Made by a program: the position numbers and the translations under genes
NCBI GenBank assembly: GCA_002633005.1
Contig: NMRA01000252.1
Location: forward strand, 172,267-229,777
Length of the DNA: 57,511 nt
Source of the DNA: Phoronis australis
Taxonomy: Eukaryota; Animalia; Phoronida
Reading direction: 5' to 3'
Part shown: positions 38,800-50,105 of the stretch, piece by piece
How positions within the stretch are numbered: the first letter of the stretch is position 1
Layout of the letters: each line of letters opens with the position of its first letter
The notes under the pieces: model-generated
Databases searched by the model: none
Told to the model about the DNA's origin: nothing
Seen by the model: only the letters and a program-made list of their open reading frames with translations

Positions 38800-39044
38800 T
38801 GTAGACCAGTACGTGCTGGACGGTGTCCTGCGGATTCCTCAGAATACGATTGGTCTAGCGCCATTGTGGTAAGCGCTACGGGTTTGACTGAAGACAGCAT
38901 CTTCTGATTCTTTTGAGTTCCACCTCCATTGGTCTACTATTTAGTGTTGCCGGGAAGGGGTCTTTCCCCCCCCCCACTAAAATGGCACGGAAATAAATTT
39001 GGACATTTATCATGTTGCAGCTAATCGCGAGCATTTTACTTTTT

Positions 39045-39531
39045 GATGCGTGTAAGTGTGTTTAGAACTGAAAAAATCGCAAGTCTAAAAATACAACACG
39101 CAGCTATGTTCTTCTGTCTGTACTTCACGGACGTATAACTTGAATTTATCACCAAACAGACCCAAAACTGCCGCGACCGACCTTGGTAAATTGGAACGAA
39201 CTTTGTAGGCTACGGTACGTTAGAATACCTAAAATCCGTAACAGCGAAATAAAAAACACGTTTTTCAATAACTCGTAATTTGTTATTGTTTTACATCGCA
39301 TTTTGATGATTTATTGGTATAAAACAATGAGTTCAAGCGATTAACTGACACCAGTAAGCGTGTTGTGAACTGCTGAACAGACTGCATTCGAACCTCGGAC
39401 GTCATTGGTTAATTTTAACACCCCCATCTGCCGTCAGGTGTCAGTTAAAAGAGCTGTACTTGCTGTTATTGACCAGTACTACTTGATCTAAATTAATGCT
39501 AAATAGGTTGTTCTTTGAGTGGCATTCTCCT
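39045..39531 (+). mobile_element. Right end of the Kolobok-like family (inverted copy at 54331-54812)
   Basis: Ends GTGGCATTCTCCT|TTAA, the reverse complement of the AGG(A/C)(G/T)AATGCCAC terminus; ~480 bp similar to 54331-54812. Confidence 0.75.
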
Positions 39532-39535
39532 TTAA

Positions 39536-39860
39536 AGTGGCATGGCACGCGAAAGCTTGTTAAAAATATCTTTTAAACAATTCCTGACGAAATTACCATC
39601 TTTCAATGTCTAGTAAGAGTAATTCATTTTCCCCTGTGAAGACATTTCCCGAAAAAATCACAAATTTCACAATTTTTGAAATACTTGCGAAGGAAAAACA
39701 CGCGAGCAGTTGACAGATAGTTTATATGAAATTTGAAACTAAATGAAAATATGTACGAACAAAGCCTAAAAATACCTGGTGAAGAGGTTGAATTCTGTTT
39801 CAGTGGCAGAGAACCTTTTCAATAATGCAATTTAGTATGTTTGCCGCGTTCCAGGCCTCT
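39536..39860. mobile_element. TTAA-flanked MITE (325 bp)
   Basis: TTAA|AGTGGCATGGCACGCG ... CGCGTTCCAGGCCTCT|TTAA; TIR match 13/16. Confidence 0.7.
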
Positions 39861-42609
39861 TTAAAAGTTCTCTAGATTGAGACAGGCTCCTAAATTCAGA
39901 ACACAGAAATCATTGCTGAAATTTAATTTTCTTTATCCTGAAATTTGAGGCATGAGTGAAAGTTGTGTTTAAGCATAACAGGTTTCATTCTTGAAAGTTC
40001 ATAAAAGTAACTCTCGTGACAAACACGTTTAAAAAATGTTTCCAGTCCCCTTGAATTTCAGGCAGGCAATTGTGTGAATTTCTAAAAATTGGTACAAGCT
40101 CGGACCTTTATCAAAATAGTTATTCACTGTCCCAAACTGGAGAATGTTTGCGTAATTAACTGTTGAAGTTCAGTGGGTAGATAGCAGTAAAACTGATGGA
40201 TACCTGTTCTTGTTTATAAGAGGATCTGGAAAAGAGGTTGTAACAGTGATGACAATTTATTATTTATTTTTTTAATGTTGGGTGATGGCGTGGTACTTAA
40301 CACCACGTTTACTTTATATGCGTAAAATGTCAGTGGCTCAAGGTAGAAATCATAAATGACAACAGATATCAATTGTCCATTTCAGTTAATAACTATAAAG
40401 CAAATGATAATAGTGGCAGTACCATGACATAATGCTTTTGATTTAAAAAACTTGAGGAACTCTATGATATGTAAGCCAAATGTGTTTTTCTCAAAACAAA
40501 TGATATGTGTGTTGTCAAAATCAATTGCATACTGAGTTAGTAAATGCTTAATATTCCCAAGGAGTTTCGATCAAAGAGTTATATTTAAATGGTTAGCCTG
40601 ATACATACCACAGACTATATACATACCGAGGGAACTAAAGCCTTATGATAAGATGCTATTGTTTACATATGTTTCGGAAAAATAAATGGTGCAACGGGAT
40701 CATGGAACGTTAGAATTGTGTCTTTAGCAACTAACGTCAATGTATAGCACAGAATTACTTTTACATAAATATTTAAAATGTTATAGATTTTGTGTTGCCT
40801 ATATATAGTTAAGGTTGAGATTGCATGACGTTCTGTGCGCATTTGTTGCTTTAATAACACTGTCACTGATGGTGATACTTTGTCAAAAATAAAAAGAATC
40901 AAAGGGCAAATTTAACAGTAAAATGATCCATGAAAATCTGATTTTAATGATGTGAATTTCCGACTCGGTGCTCCAAGTTTTTGTACTTTAGGGTAACCTA
41001 AAAGAGCTGCTGCTGGAATACCTGTTAATTCTCAGTCGACGTGTCTTTTGGGAGGTATTTTTAGTTGTAGTGCATCTGCATTGAACAAATGTATTTAGAT
41101 TATTTTTGGCAGCTTTTCCAGGAACATATTCGGAAATTCTGGGCCAATAGTGTATTAGAAAAGGCATAGAAATTGGTGCTGGGAAACGTGTTGTGATACG
41201 AATAGATGTTTTTGATATATCTGCAATAAGCTCACCATCGCTTTCTGGCAACTTAAACATTTAGTTTTGAAATCAAGTTGGAAAACACGTTAATATGCAC
41301 CAAAACAGTTGTCCCTTCCTACTGGGTATATTATCAGAGACTTTCAAATTCAGATCAAATTTCTGACTTAGTCTTGAGACTGAATATCAGAGACATATCT
41401 TAGACATTTTGGAGTGTAAGTGGCTTCTGTAGAAACAAAGAGCATCCATAATAATTTTAGATCAAACACACACAATTCATGGAAACCGAGACCACAACGA
41501 CATATTCGGGCTATTTTGGTCGTGTTGACAAGAATGAATTTCTAAAATTGTCATTGAAGTGAATCACAAACCCGAGCTATTAGTTGTTAGTATTCTTTAT
41601 GAGAAGTTAGGGCGAACGTTCGTGACCAGCAGTTAGACTGAATTGGTATCTTTATGCGGCATCCCGATACATTTCATTCACATTTGTGCAAGCTCCATCG
41701 AGAGCCTCAAAGGAGTTTAAGAAGAGTCTGACGTATTTTGACAGATACTAGGCGGAACCTTGCAATAAACAACCACCACAGTGAAACGGCCAAAGAGTAG
41801 TCGTTGAAATATTTCATAGAAATTACTTTGTCTGAATACAATATGTGCCATTTAAGCAAATATTGAAAGAATGAAAGAGCAGGCTCCTTAAAACAATCTA
41901 TAATGAATAAAATGAAAATAATAAAGTTCGGAAACACTCAAAGCTAGTATTTTTTTCTGTCGACCAAATCTTCGACGTCGATAACACGAGATAGATGGCA
42001 TAATTATTTCAAAATCTTTGGAAATCAAGATGAACCAATAGAAAGTCACTGTTGAGAGGTGCATGTATCACCTGCGGCCATACAGGTCATGTCACGTATT
42101 GCAAAACCTGTGAATCTAATATAAAAAATGAACGAGAAAATAACTGCATCTGCAATTTGTAACCGTCACCTAATGGCAAGGCTGTGGATCAACAGACTTA
42201 TAGTCGAGATGATTAAAAGTCCTAATATACTTTCTCAGTAAGTTACCGTTCAAATTTTGTATCGCCTGTGTAACTGAAAATTCCAAACTGGTAATTGTTC
42301 ACAATTGTGGTTTGACGCATTGGCGCTTTATAAGCATGGCAGTGTCAGTGACAAAACATTAGGGTATCAATACCTATAATCTCGGCAACAATTCTGCTTT
42401 CAGCTTCAAGATTTTCCTGATGTCTCTCATGTTGCCAATGACAATCGCTGATCCAAATCCCGACGAAATCTGCGCATTCTGACGAGGTAATAACGACCTG
42501 ATCAGGGCAAGTGAAGACGGTTTATTTGGTTTATTTGCTCACTAGACTATAGACCCTATTCACGCCGACAGGAGGCGCGTTCCAAAACGAAGCTCGCTAC
42601 GATAGCTCT

Positions 42610-42830
42610 GGTGGCTTATCCGCGTAGTTGTACATGTACTACGCGTTGCTCGAACAGCTACAAAAAACACGGACACTCAACTGTTTGTTTTACAATCCTT
42701 AAGGACGTGGGGATTCGGAAGCGTTGGGTCCTTGCCATACGCCACGACGAAGGAAAATATGTCCGTGTAAAATTTATAACTGTTTTCGAATCATAATTTA
42801 ATTGTCGCATCTCGGTTGCCGCCATAGCAA
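42610..42830 (+). pseudogene. Degenerate THAP-like fragment
   Basis: C...RCSNS..GHSTVCFTILKDVGIRKRWVLAIRHDEG resembles a THAP N-terminus. Confidence 0.5.
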
Positions 42831-45800
42831 TGAGGACCGGAGAATCTTCGGCCAGCCACGCTGTGTTTTCATGACTATGGGTTGAAGAGCGATGCATTTT
42901 TCTTTACAAAAAGGACAGGGCCCTCAATCCCTCAATCATGACAGCGTTTTCCCGTTCAGTGACTTTACCAGACGTAGGGGGTTCTGAGCGTGTGATAACA
43001 TCTAGCTTCTTTGTTAACTGCCAACCACACTCTTTTACCTGTTACGACAACAAGCAGGCCAGTTATCTACCAGGCTTATAACAGACCTCGTGTGAACACT
43101 GTCCAACTCAGAGTGAATTGGTGTATTCGGAACTAGATTGTCGTAACTTCGGTTGCAGTCGGGCGATTTTGGCGATTCAAAAACTAAGCGCGATCACTAT
43201 TTGATGAAGATTTCAGAAATGCTATTGTTTTATGTTCAAATATGTTATAACTTAACTTTTATTTTTAACAGAACAACCCAGTCAGGGTAGATACGATCTT
43301 ATTGGAGATTAGATCAATTATCGAACAAACGAGCTGGCCCTCCAAACATCAATACCAGAATGGAGTTAATCAGTCGTGTAAGATATTAGCTACAGGGGTA
43401 AACTTCCCAACTTGTTGTTGGGCTATAGAATCGAACAAGTTGCCATGGGAGCAACGGGAAAACGCCGTAATGTTTTGGGGCCAAATATCGGCCCTATTCC
43501 CCTCTCAAAAATATTGAAAAATCACGCGAAATTACCGGCCCCACGAGGCCTAAAAATTCCCTTAGTGATTGAAAATTTCTATCCAACGGTTCAAATCACC
43601 TGTGACCACAGAGGTGGCAATTTGAAAAATACAAAATCATAGGTGGATTTAGGGGGAGGGGGTAGGGGCCCGCCCCCCCTTGACTACCGCAAGCAAAATA
43701 AACCAGCAAAACGTGAAGCGGAAGGAAATACTGAGTTCGATCTAGGACCCGGCCGGGAGCGGACGAGGGGGAAAAACACGTTCCGTTTTTTTATAGTCCA
43801 ACCACAGATTTCCTGAGCAGAAGGTATACATCCTCGGCGACCGCAACTTCCGGGTCGCTTGCGTGCATACAATAGCGCTTTGCCCGCTTTTCCGAGGATG
43901 TCGGCTCCCCCTCATGGTATCCTAGATAAGCCACTGAAAATTCTACTTGAGACAGAGCTATGAGAGCTTGCAACAGGGCGGGGTGCTATTGATGGTGATC
44001 GGGAGGTCAGTAGATTTTTCACTGACCCGTCACTCGGCGAAACTTTCACCTCTCAGAAGGCCGCACACTGGCACCTTTCCCCTAGGATATGAACGAGGCC
44101 TCTGAAGAAACATGATAACTATGCTTGTTCCAGGGGGATCCAGGACTTTGAGTTAGGGGGGGGGGNGTATTAGCCAGGATTTTGCCCGTCAGACATTTGC
44201 GCTCCTGAACTGCTAAATGGAATCTGGGAGAATTTTCCGCCACTATGATCTGTCCAGTTAACTGAAATTGAGTTCTAAAACGAGGTTATGCTTTGGAAGA
44301 AAGAATTAGGTGTTTTAATTTTAAAATTCAACTTGGTCGAGATTGATATTTGAAAAATATAACACATAAAATAGACGTAATTATTAAAACCAATAAAGCA
44401 GAATTTATGGTCACTAATTTTTATTTTCCGGCATTTGCGAGCCTCTGGTTTTTTATCGTAATCAAAATATTTATTTAATAACATCAAGTATTATTTCAGA
44501 TCAATGACAAATCAACTGTTAGTCCCGGTAGTGCCTACCCTACCAGGACCTAGGCTATGATTGAAGTTAATAGGCCTACTGTTGATCAACAAATTAAACC
44601 AGATGTGACTAATTGCACATGACAGCAAAATGCTGATGAGCCACCACTGTCGAATATATCTTCAACTCGTCAGCAATACGACCAGATGACCTGGTTCGTG
44701 AAAGCATTTTTATCAAGAATTTATTAGAAGAAATGTAACCCTGCATTCAGCATGATATCTAATCCGTAACACTACGATCGCCGCAATTTGGTCACGTTTA
44801 CTTTTCATGTTTCGAACCTAGTTTTCCGAAAAAAAAAATATATCGTTTCGTCAGACAACTCTTTGGTGCAATGACTTGTTCTTTAATTGTATTTTTCTAC
44901 GTTTCTGTGGTTAAATATTGACACATTTTTTAAGATTTAATATTCAGGTTGGACTCCAAAGACCGGCCATTTAACTCACGCAATGTAAATTTCCGCTTTG
45001 TTTATCGCAGTGAGCCTCGCTTTGGATTTTAATATCCGCGGCTTGAATTGGGTCTATGGGTGAAGTTCCTCGTAAGGAGAGGAGTTCATGAATCACTATC
45101 ATCTGAAAAAAAATTGCGGATAATTTTCCTCAAAAAATTTATCAGATAATTTTCATCAAAAAGGAGTAAAGGACAATGGATATTTGAAGACAGAATTACG
45201 TAGTACTCGGCCCAGAGCTTCTTAAGAACATGTATCAGCAAAATGTCTTGAAAAAATAAAAATGAATGAAGAGTTCTTGTTGAAAGAACTGTCCTACATA
45301 TTCACGCAGGAAACGAGCTTTTGCTCCCAAAGCTTGTTGTGTCGTCAGCGGAAGCTGTAAAAATCATGATTAGCATACGAAGTACTTGCTGGAAATAAAC
45401 AGTGCTATATCTGCCATTTGTCCCTAGTGAATAATGATATCACGGCTTTTGCGTAAGATCATATATTTCGTCCCTTGAAAATATACGGAGTTGGCGGTCC
45501 ATGTACTATAGTCTATAATGGCAGATAGAACGTGCTATATTCTAGCGTGCAATACTATTTCTAAATTCGGTTGAAAATACCTTGGTCGTCAACTGTGATA
45601 TGAATCTCTACCAGGCAGTCGAAATACTCATTCCACAGCGCGGGTGCATAACGATTCACCACTAGAACAACTCTATGGATCATTGGATGTTCATAGTAAA
45701 AATGCGACAACAGCAAAGCGAATTTAAGACAAACAAGTAGGTACTTATATTTTCGATAGCAGTACTGTCTAATGACATCATAGTGCATCGCACTCCCGTT

Positions 45801-46279
45801 TAACCCGTGTTCCAGAGGCCAGGGATGAGTTGCATAAAACTTCAAATTTATCCGCTGGATAAGTTTGATTGTTGCATAATGTCAGGTGCATTGTTCAACA
45901 ATAACAACGTGGCGCGTCATAATGCGACGTCATTGTTGCTATGCAGCGTATAACTTTTTTGGAACCGGTGTCAATCATTATTTTGTTAAACACCAGGCTC
46001 GTTCTATTGTCCGATATCACGAGGCATAGACCAACTGTGTTGACGTAACAATGGCACTCCGCGCACGTGAATTAGTGTATGCTGTTTAGCAAAACAGAAT
46101 CCAAAATAGAATCAAGGAATAACATCACTGTCGGTGACAGAGGCTGTCGTCAGGGTATGCACAGATTGATTTTACATGCTGAAGAACTCGAATCATAGTT
46201 TATGGCATGAAACAGAAGAAATTATCAAACGTGAAGAGAAAGGTCATAAGGTAGACTGTAGCAGTGTTTCTTTTTGGGA

Positions 46280-48445
46280 ATGGGACTGGGTCTCCCCAAA
46301 GACAAAACAATTCACAAAGATACATCAATAAAACATCATATTACTTCGTCCAACGTGGCGCGTTTCCAAGGAAACAGTTCTCTGTCACCGGTATGGCACT
46401 GTTCTCTGTTCACTAACAACTCCAATAGGAATCGCAGGAAAAAACGCCATAGACATAGCCACTCCCTGCCCAAGACGAGCCGTCGTCGGAACCGTCGACA
46501 TTATGCTTCATATTCGTCAGTCACTAGTGTGAGTGACAACAGTAATTTTTTTGATTACCACGATGATTTGGCTAACGAGAACGATAATCTATGGCAAAGT
46601 AACTCGGCTTGGCCAAGTGACTTGAGTGATTCCTGGAGACGTGAAGCGTCGCACAGAAAAAAGAAGAAAAAGAAAAAGAAAAAGAAAAAATCCGGTAAGC
46701 ATCTACCTGATCATGACGAAAACCATCCCCGGCGCATGCCCACGGAACGTCCAAAACCAAACGTTAAGCAGCTTTCTGAACGTGTTAGTGAACTGCGGGC
46801 TGAAGTAGAGTCAGACTTAGCAAAAGGTGTCGACATCAAGAAAAAGTATCAAGACAGAGCTACTAAACAGAAAAAAATAGAAGAAAAAGCGAGACAAGAC
46901 AGGTTGAAAATCTTAAAAATGAGAGCAAGACGTATCAGAATACCTAAAAAAAGGAAGGCTGTTTTGAAACACAAAGGGAAAACTATTGATATAACGGAGC
47001 GATTTCGCAAGAAACTGGAGAAATCCAACTTGGCACCTTTGAAGATTCGAGTATGCGGTGCCCATGGTTGTGGTGCCGTTTGGCCGGTCGTAAATCCGGA
47101 AAGCATACGTTATCCATCCGGCAAACCCGTTATTTTTAAGAATCCTCAAACGTGTCTCAAATGTAACAGTAACAACCAGTCTAATAATGAAAACAATTTT
47201 ATTGACGAAAAAACTGACAACGAGAACAACTGTGCCAGTCCACGCACCCAGCCTCGAAGAGATATTCCGTCACGTGACCGGGAGGTGGGCAGCTTTTCGG
47301 ACATGCGAGGAGGGAGGGGGCAAGTGAGAATCTCACCTTCTTGGTACGAAAGAGGGAGGGAGTTCCCGTCACGTCATAGTCGTGATGACCCAAAAGGCAG
47401 AGGCGGCCCGTCACGCGGAGGGTTAAGGGGCCGAGGCGGACCGCCGCGAGGAGGATTACGAGGCAGAGGAGCTCCGCGACGTTACGGTGCCGGACGTAGC
47501 AGATCTAGTCGACCGCCAACTTTGCTCAGTGGAAAAAGTATAATTAGAACGAAAAATACGAATAAAATGAGTCATCATGTAGGGGATGTCTTCAAGCCGT
47601 GTCCGTGTTGTTGTTGTTGCAGAGAACCTTGCACCTGGTATCCGGTAGAAGATGGCCAAGCTACTGATAGCAAAATATTTCAGGCAGATGCTTTAAATGA
47701 TTTCGTTGACGTACAAACTGAGAAGGCACATAAAACGAAAAACGAAGAGAACAATTCCACGTGCAGTTGCCGATGTTGTGACTCCAGCTTTGAGTCAATA
47801 GACTGCATGAATGAGGTTCTGGACGGTGGATATGGAAAAATAGCTGAAATGTGCGCAGAAAGAATAAAAGATGCACTTGATTGGATTATCCCGGCAGCAC
47901 AATGTGGTGATCTCACCTTATGCGATTTCTGTGATAAACCCGTGCTTGTTGGGCGCCCACACTGCTGCAGGGCATTAAGAACATGCTTCGCAGAGTGTTG
48001 TAAAGACGGTGAGTCCAGTGGGGGGAAACAATATGACTCGGACAAAGATGCCAAAACGAAAAAAGAAAAAGAGAAGAAAAGGAGGGAAATGGAAAAAAAG
48101 AAAAAACAAAATAGTGAAAAAAGTAAGGGCGATGGGAATTCAGATGACAAAAACAGACAGAGAAGAAAAAGAGATGACCAAAACAGACAGAGAAGAAGAA
48201 AGGATGACGAAAACATGGATAATGAGGATGAACACATAAGTTCGAAAGTTTCAAAACACAAAAGGACAGATCCGCCTCCGAAGGAAGGAAAGGAATATTA
48301 CTGGAGCACGAAACCGGAAGAAAAGGAGGAAGAAATTCCCGAGTTATTTAAACATGGCCATTTCCAAAACAGGCAAAAAGACTTAAGACAAACTCCGCCA
48401 AACGAAAACATTAATAGAAACTGTAGCAAACGTTTAAACTGTTAG
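46280..48445 (+). CDS. G3: ~721-aa basic protein (Arg/His tract, poly-K, predicted coiled coil, motif C, RGG repeats, Cys clusters, module A, charged tail)
   Basis: Uninterrupted 723-codon ORF, first ATG at 46280. Module A at 47849-47953, motif C at 47036-47092. Colinear with G4. Confidence 0.85.
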   Translation: MGLGLPKDKTIHKDTSIKHHITSSNVARFQGNSSLSPVWHCSLFTNNSNRNRRKKRHRHSHSLPKTSRRRNRRHYASYSSVTSVSDNSNFFDYHDDLANENDNLWQSNSAWPSDLSDSWRREASHRKKKKKKKKKKKSGKHLPDHDENHPRRMPTERPKPNVKQLSERVSELRAEVESDLAKGVDIKKKYQDRATKQKKIEEKARQDRLKILKMRARRIRIPKKRKAVLKHKGKTIDITERFRKKLEKSNLAPLKIRVCGAHGCGAVWPVVNPESIRYPSGKPVIFKNPQTCLKCNSNNQSNNENNFIDEKTDNENNCASPRTQPRRDIPSRDREVGSFSDMRGGRGQVRISPSWYERGREFPSRHSRDDPKGRGGPSRGGLRGRGGPPRGGLRGRGAPRRYGAGRSRSSRPPTLLSGKSIIRTKNTNKMSHHVGDVFKPCPCCCCCREPCTWYPVEDGQATDSKIFQADALNDFVDVQTEKAHKTKNEENNSTCSCRCCDSSFESIDCMNEVLDGGYGKIAEMCAERIKDALDWIIPAAQCGDLTLCDFCDKPVLVGRPHCCRALRTCFAECCKDGESSGGKQYDSDKDAKTKKEKEKKRREMEKKKKQNSEKSKGDGNSDDKNRQRRKRDDQNRQRRRKDDENMDNEDEHISSKVSKHKRTDPPPKEGKEYYWSTKPEEKEEEIPELFKHGHFQNRQKDLRQTPPNENINRNCSKRLNC

Positions 48446-48716
48446 TTGAATCTTGTTGGAGTCGGGACGGCCTAATCGTTTAAATCAGGCTAAGACTCAA
48501 AACACAACCAAACACCCTGATTCGAATACGTATGCAAGTTTCCTGTAATCGTACCATGCAGTAGATCTAGTATAAAATCATACCCCGGTCTTCATTTCGT
48601 ATTAATTTACATACATGTTTACAAAATTCACGTGATTTAAGGAATGTTGCGGTGATAGTAAAAACATGTTCACGCTCTAAACGACAGCATGTAACCAAAC
48701 TAGCGTTATCGAACTC

Positions 48717-50105
48717 ATGAACTCTCTCATACAGCAAACCCTCAGGCTCAACGAAATCATTCCACTAGAAGACGTTTTGGACAGAGTGGTTGTGTTAGAA
48801 TTGCATAGCGTCACTGCACACAAATCTAATTCCGCAAACTCGAGCAAGGAAACATTTCGATCGGCAATACCATGTAGAAAATGTGGAACCACTTCCTTCA
48901 AAGTTGACGAATTGAACATCACTACAAAGTTACACGAAGAACATGGGAGCAGGTCGCAATCATCAGTTCTCCGTACATCCAACCAAACATATTGCGGTAA
49001 CATCTCAAACAACAGCAGACGACCGTCCAGAGCAAGACGACGACATCATCATCGACATCATTCGCGACAAAGCGATAACGAGTCAAGAAGACAAAGACGA
49101 TCCAAAATTGTTCGATCAAAACGGAGAAGTGGGTCGTCATTGAGGCGAAAACACATGAGGAGAAAGAAAAAGAAGGAGAAAAAGAAAAAGAAAGAAAAGA
49201 AAAAGGGAAAGGAGTTGACAGACAAGCAACAGGCAGAAAAGGATATTATGCAAGCCGCGGGTCAAACAAAAATGACGCGAAGAATGAATGAAAACTGGAT
49301 GAACGTGCATAAACAAAAACGAGATGTTATGAGCTTAGGAGCCAGGTGTAATTTATTAGCAAAAAAGATGAAACTTTTAGAGCAATACCCCGTAAGATCT
49401 GCCAAAAGTTTTATGAAAGCAGCACAAATGATTCCACTTACGGTTCGATGCTGTGGAGCCCCTGCATGCCCGCCTTGTCCGCCGGTAGTAGTCAAGTGTT
49501 GCTCTGAACAGGACTGTCAGGGATGCGGCTGCAAGAAAAATGCGGACACTGTTATAGCCGGCAAAGACATTAAGCGCGATGATTTCGGCAACGACGTCAA
49601 CTTGCAAATAGGCAACGTCGATACTGGAAACGATGACAGGTGTTCGTGCAATAAATGCTGTTCTGTTAAAGCTGGGAAACGTGGTAATAGGGGCAATGTT
49701 TCAATAAATGGACGGAAACTGAGCGACAGGGACTTCATGCAGTCGAAAGGAAACATTGCATTGAACAGATTCCGTGCCGGCAAACGATTTTCTGAAAACG
49801 ACTTTCCGTGTCGAACTAGAATACCACAACTTTGTCAACGTAGAAACTCACGAAGTAGTGACGACTCTGTCGATGCTAACGAGGTATTAGAAGGTGGTTA
49901 CGATAAAATTGCAAACATGTGCATTGACAGAATTAAAAATGCGCTCGATTGGGTTGTACCCGCCGCGAAAAAAGGAGAACTGGAACTTTGTAAGAATTGT
50001 AACAAACCAATCCTCAGTGGAAAAGAACATATTTGTAAAGGTAATCGCTTACCATGGGACACAAAAGTTAGACGGGATAAGAAAGCGAAAAATAATAAAA
50101 AGTGA
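48717..50105 (+). CDS. G4: 462-aa basic protein, tandem paralog of G3
   Basis: ATG-initiated ORF. NEVLEGGYDKIANMCIDRIKNALDWVVPAAKKGELELCKNCNKP aligns with G3 NEVLDGGYGKIAEMCAERIKDALDWIIPAAQCGDLTLCDFCDKP. Motif C at 49434-49490. Confidence 0.88.
   Translation: MNSLIQQTLRLNEIIPLEDVLDRVVVLELHSVTAHKSNSANSSKETFRSAIPCRKCGTTSFKVDELNITTKLHEEHGSRSQSSVLRTSNQTYCGNISNNSRRPSRARRRHHHRHHSRQSDNESRRQRRSKIVRSKRRSGSSLRRKHMRRKKKKEKKKKKEKKKGKELTDKQQAEKDIMQAAGQTKMTRRMNENWMNVHKQKRDVMSLGARCNLLAKKMKLLEQYPVRSAKSFMKAAQMIPLTVRCCGAPACPPCPPVVVKCCSEQDCQGCGCKKNADTVIAGKDIKRDDFGNDVNLQIGNVDTGNDDRCSCNKCCSVKAGKRGNRGNVSINGRKLSDRDFMQSKGNIALNRFRAGKRFSENDFPCRTRIPQLCQRRNSRSSDDSVDANEVLEGGYDKIANMCIDRIKNALDWVVPAAKKGELELCKNCNKPILSGKEHICKGNRLPWDTKVRRDKKAKNNKK

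Noticed and set aside
35210-39531. One intact 4.3-kb Kolobok element bounded by TTAA
   Set aside because: The termini match, but the span crosses an assembly gap and overlaps the Academ-like arm pair without nesting, so both pairings cannot hold; left unresolved.
40988-41260. 90-aa minus-strand ORF, and the ORFs at 9480..9968 and 43791..43973
   Set aside because: No recognisable motifs, no supporting splice structure and no similarity to the cluster modules.
2333-46047. CRE half-sites (TGACGT) near the starts of G1, G2 and G3 as a testis CREM signature
   Set aside because: A 6-mer on either strand is common by chance and also occurs in many TE regions here; enrichment cannot be shown by eye.
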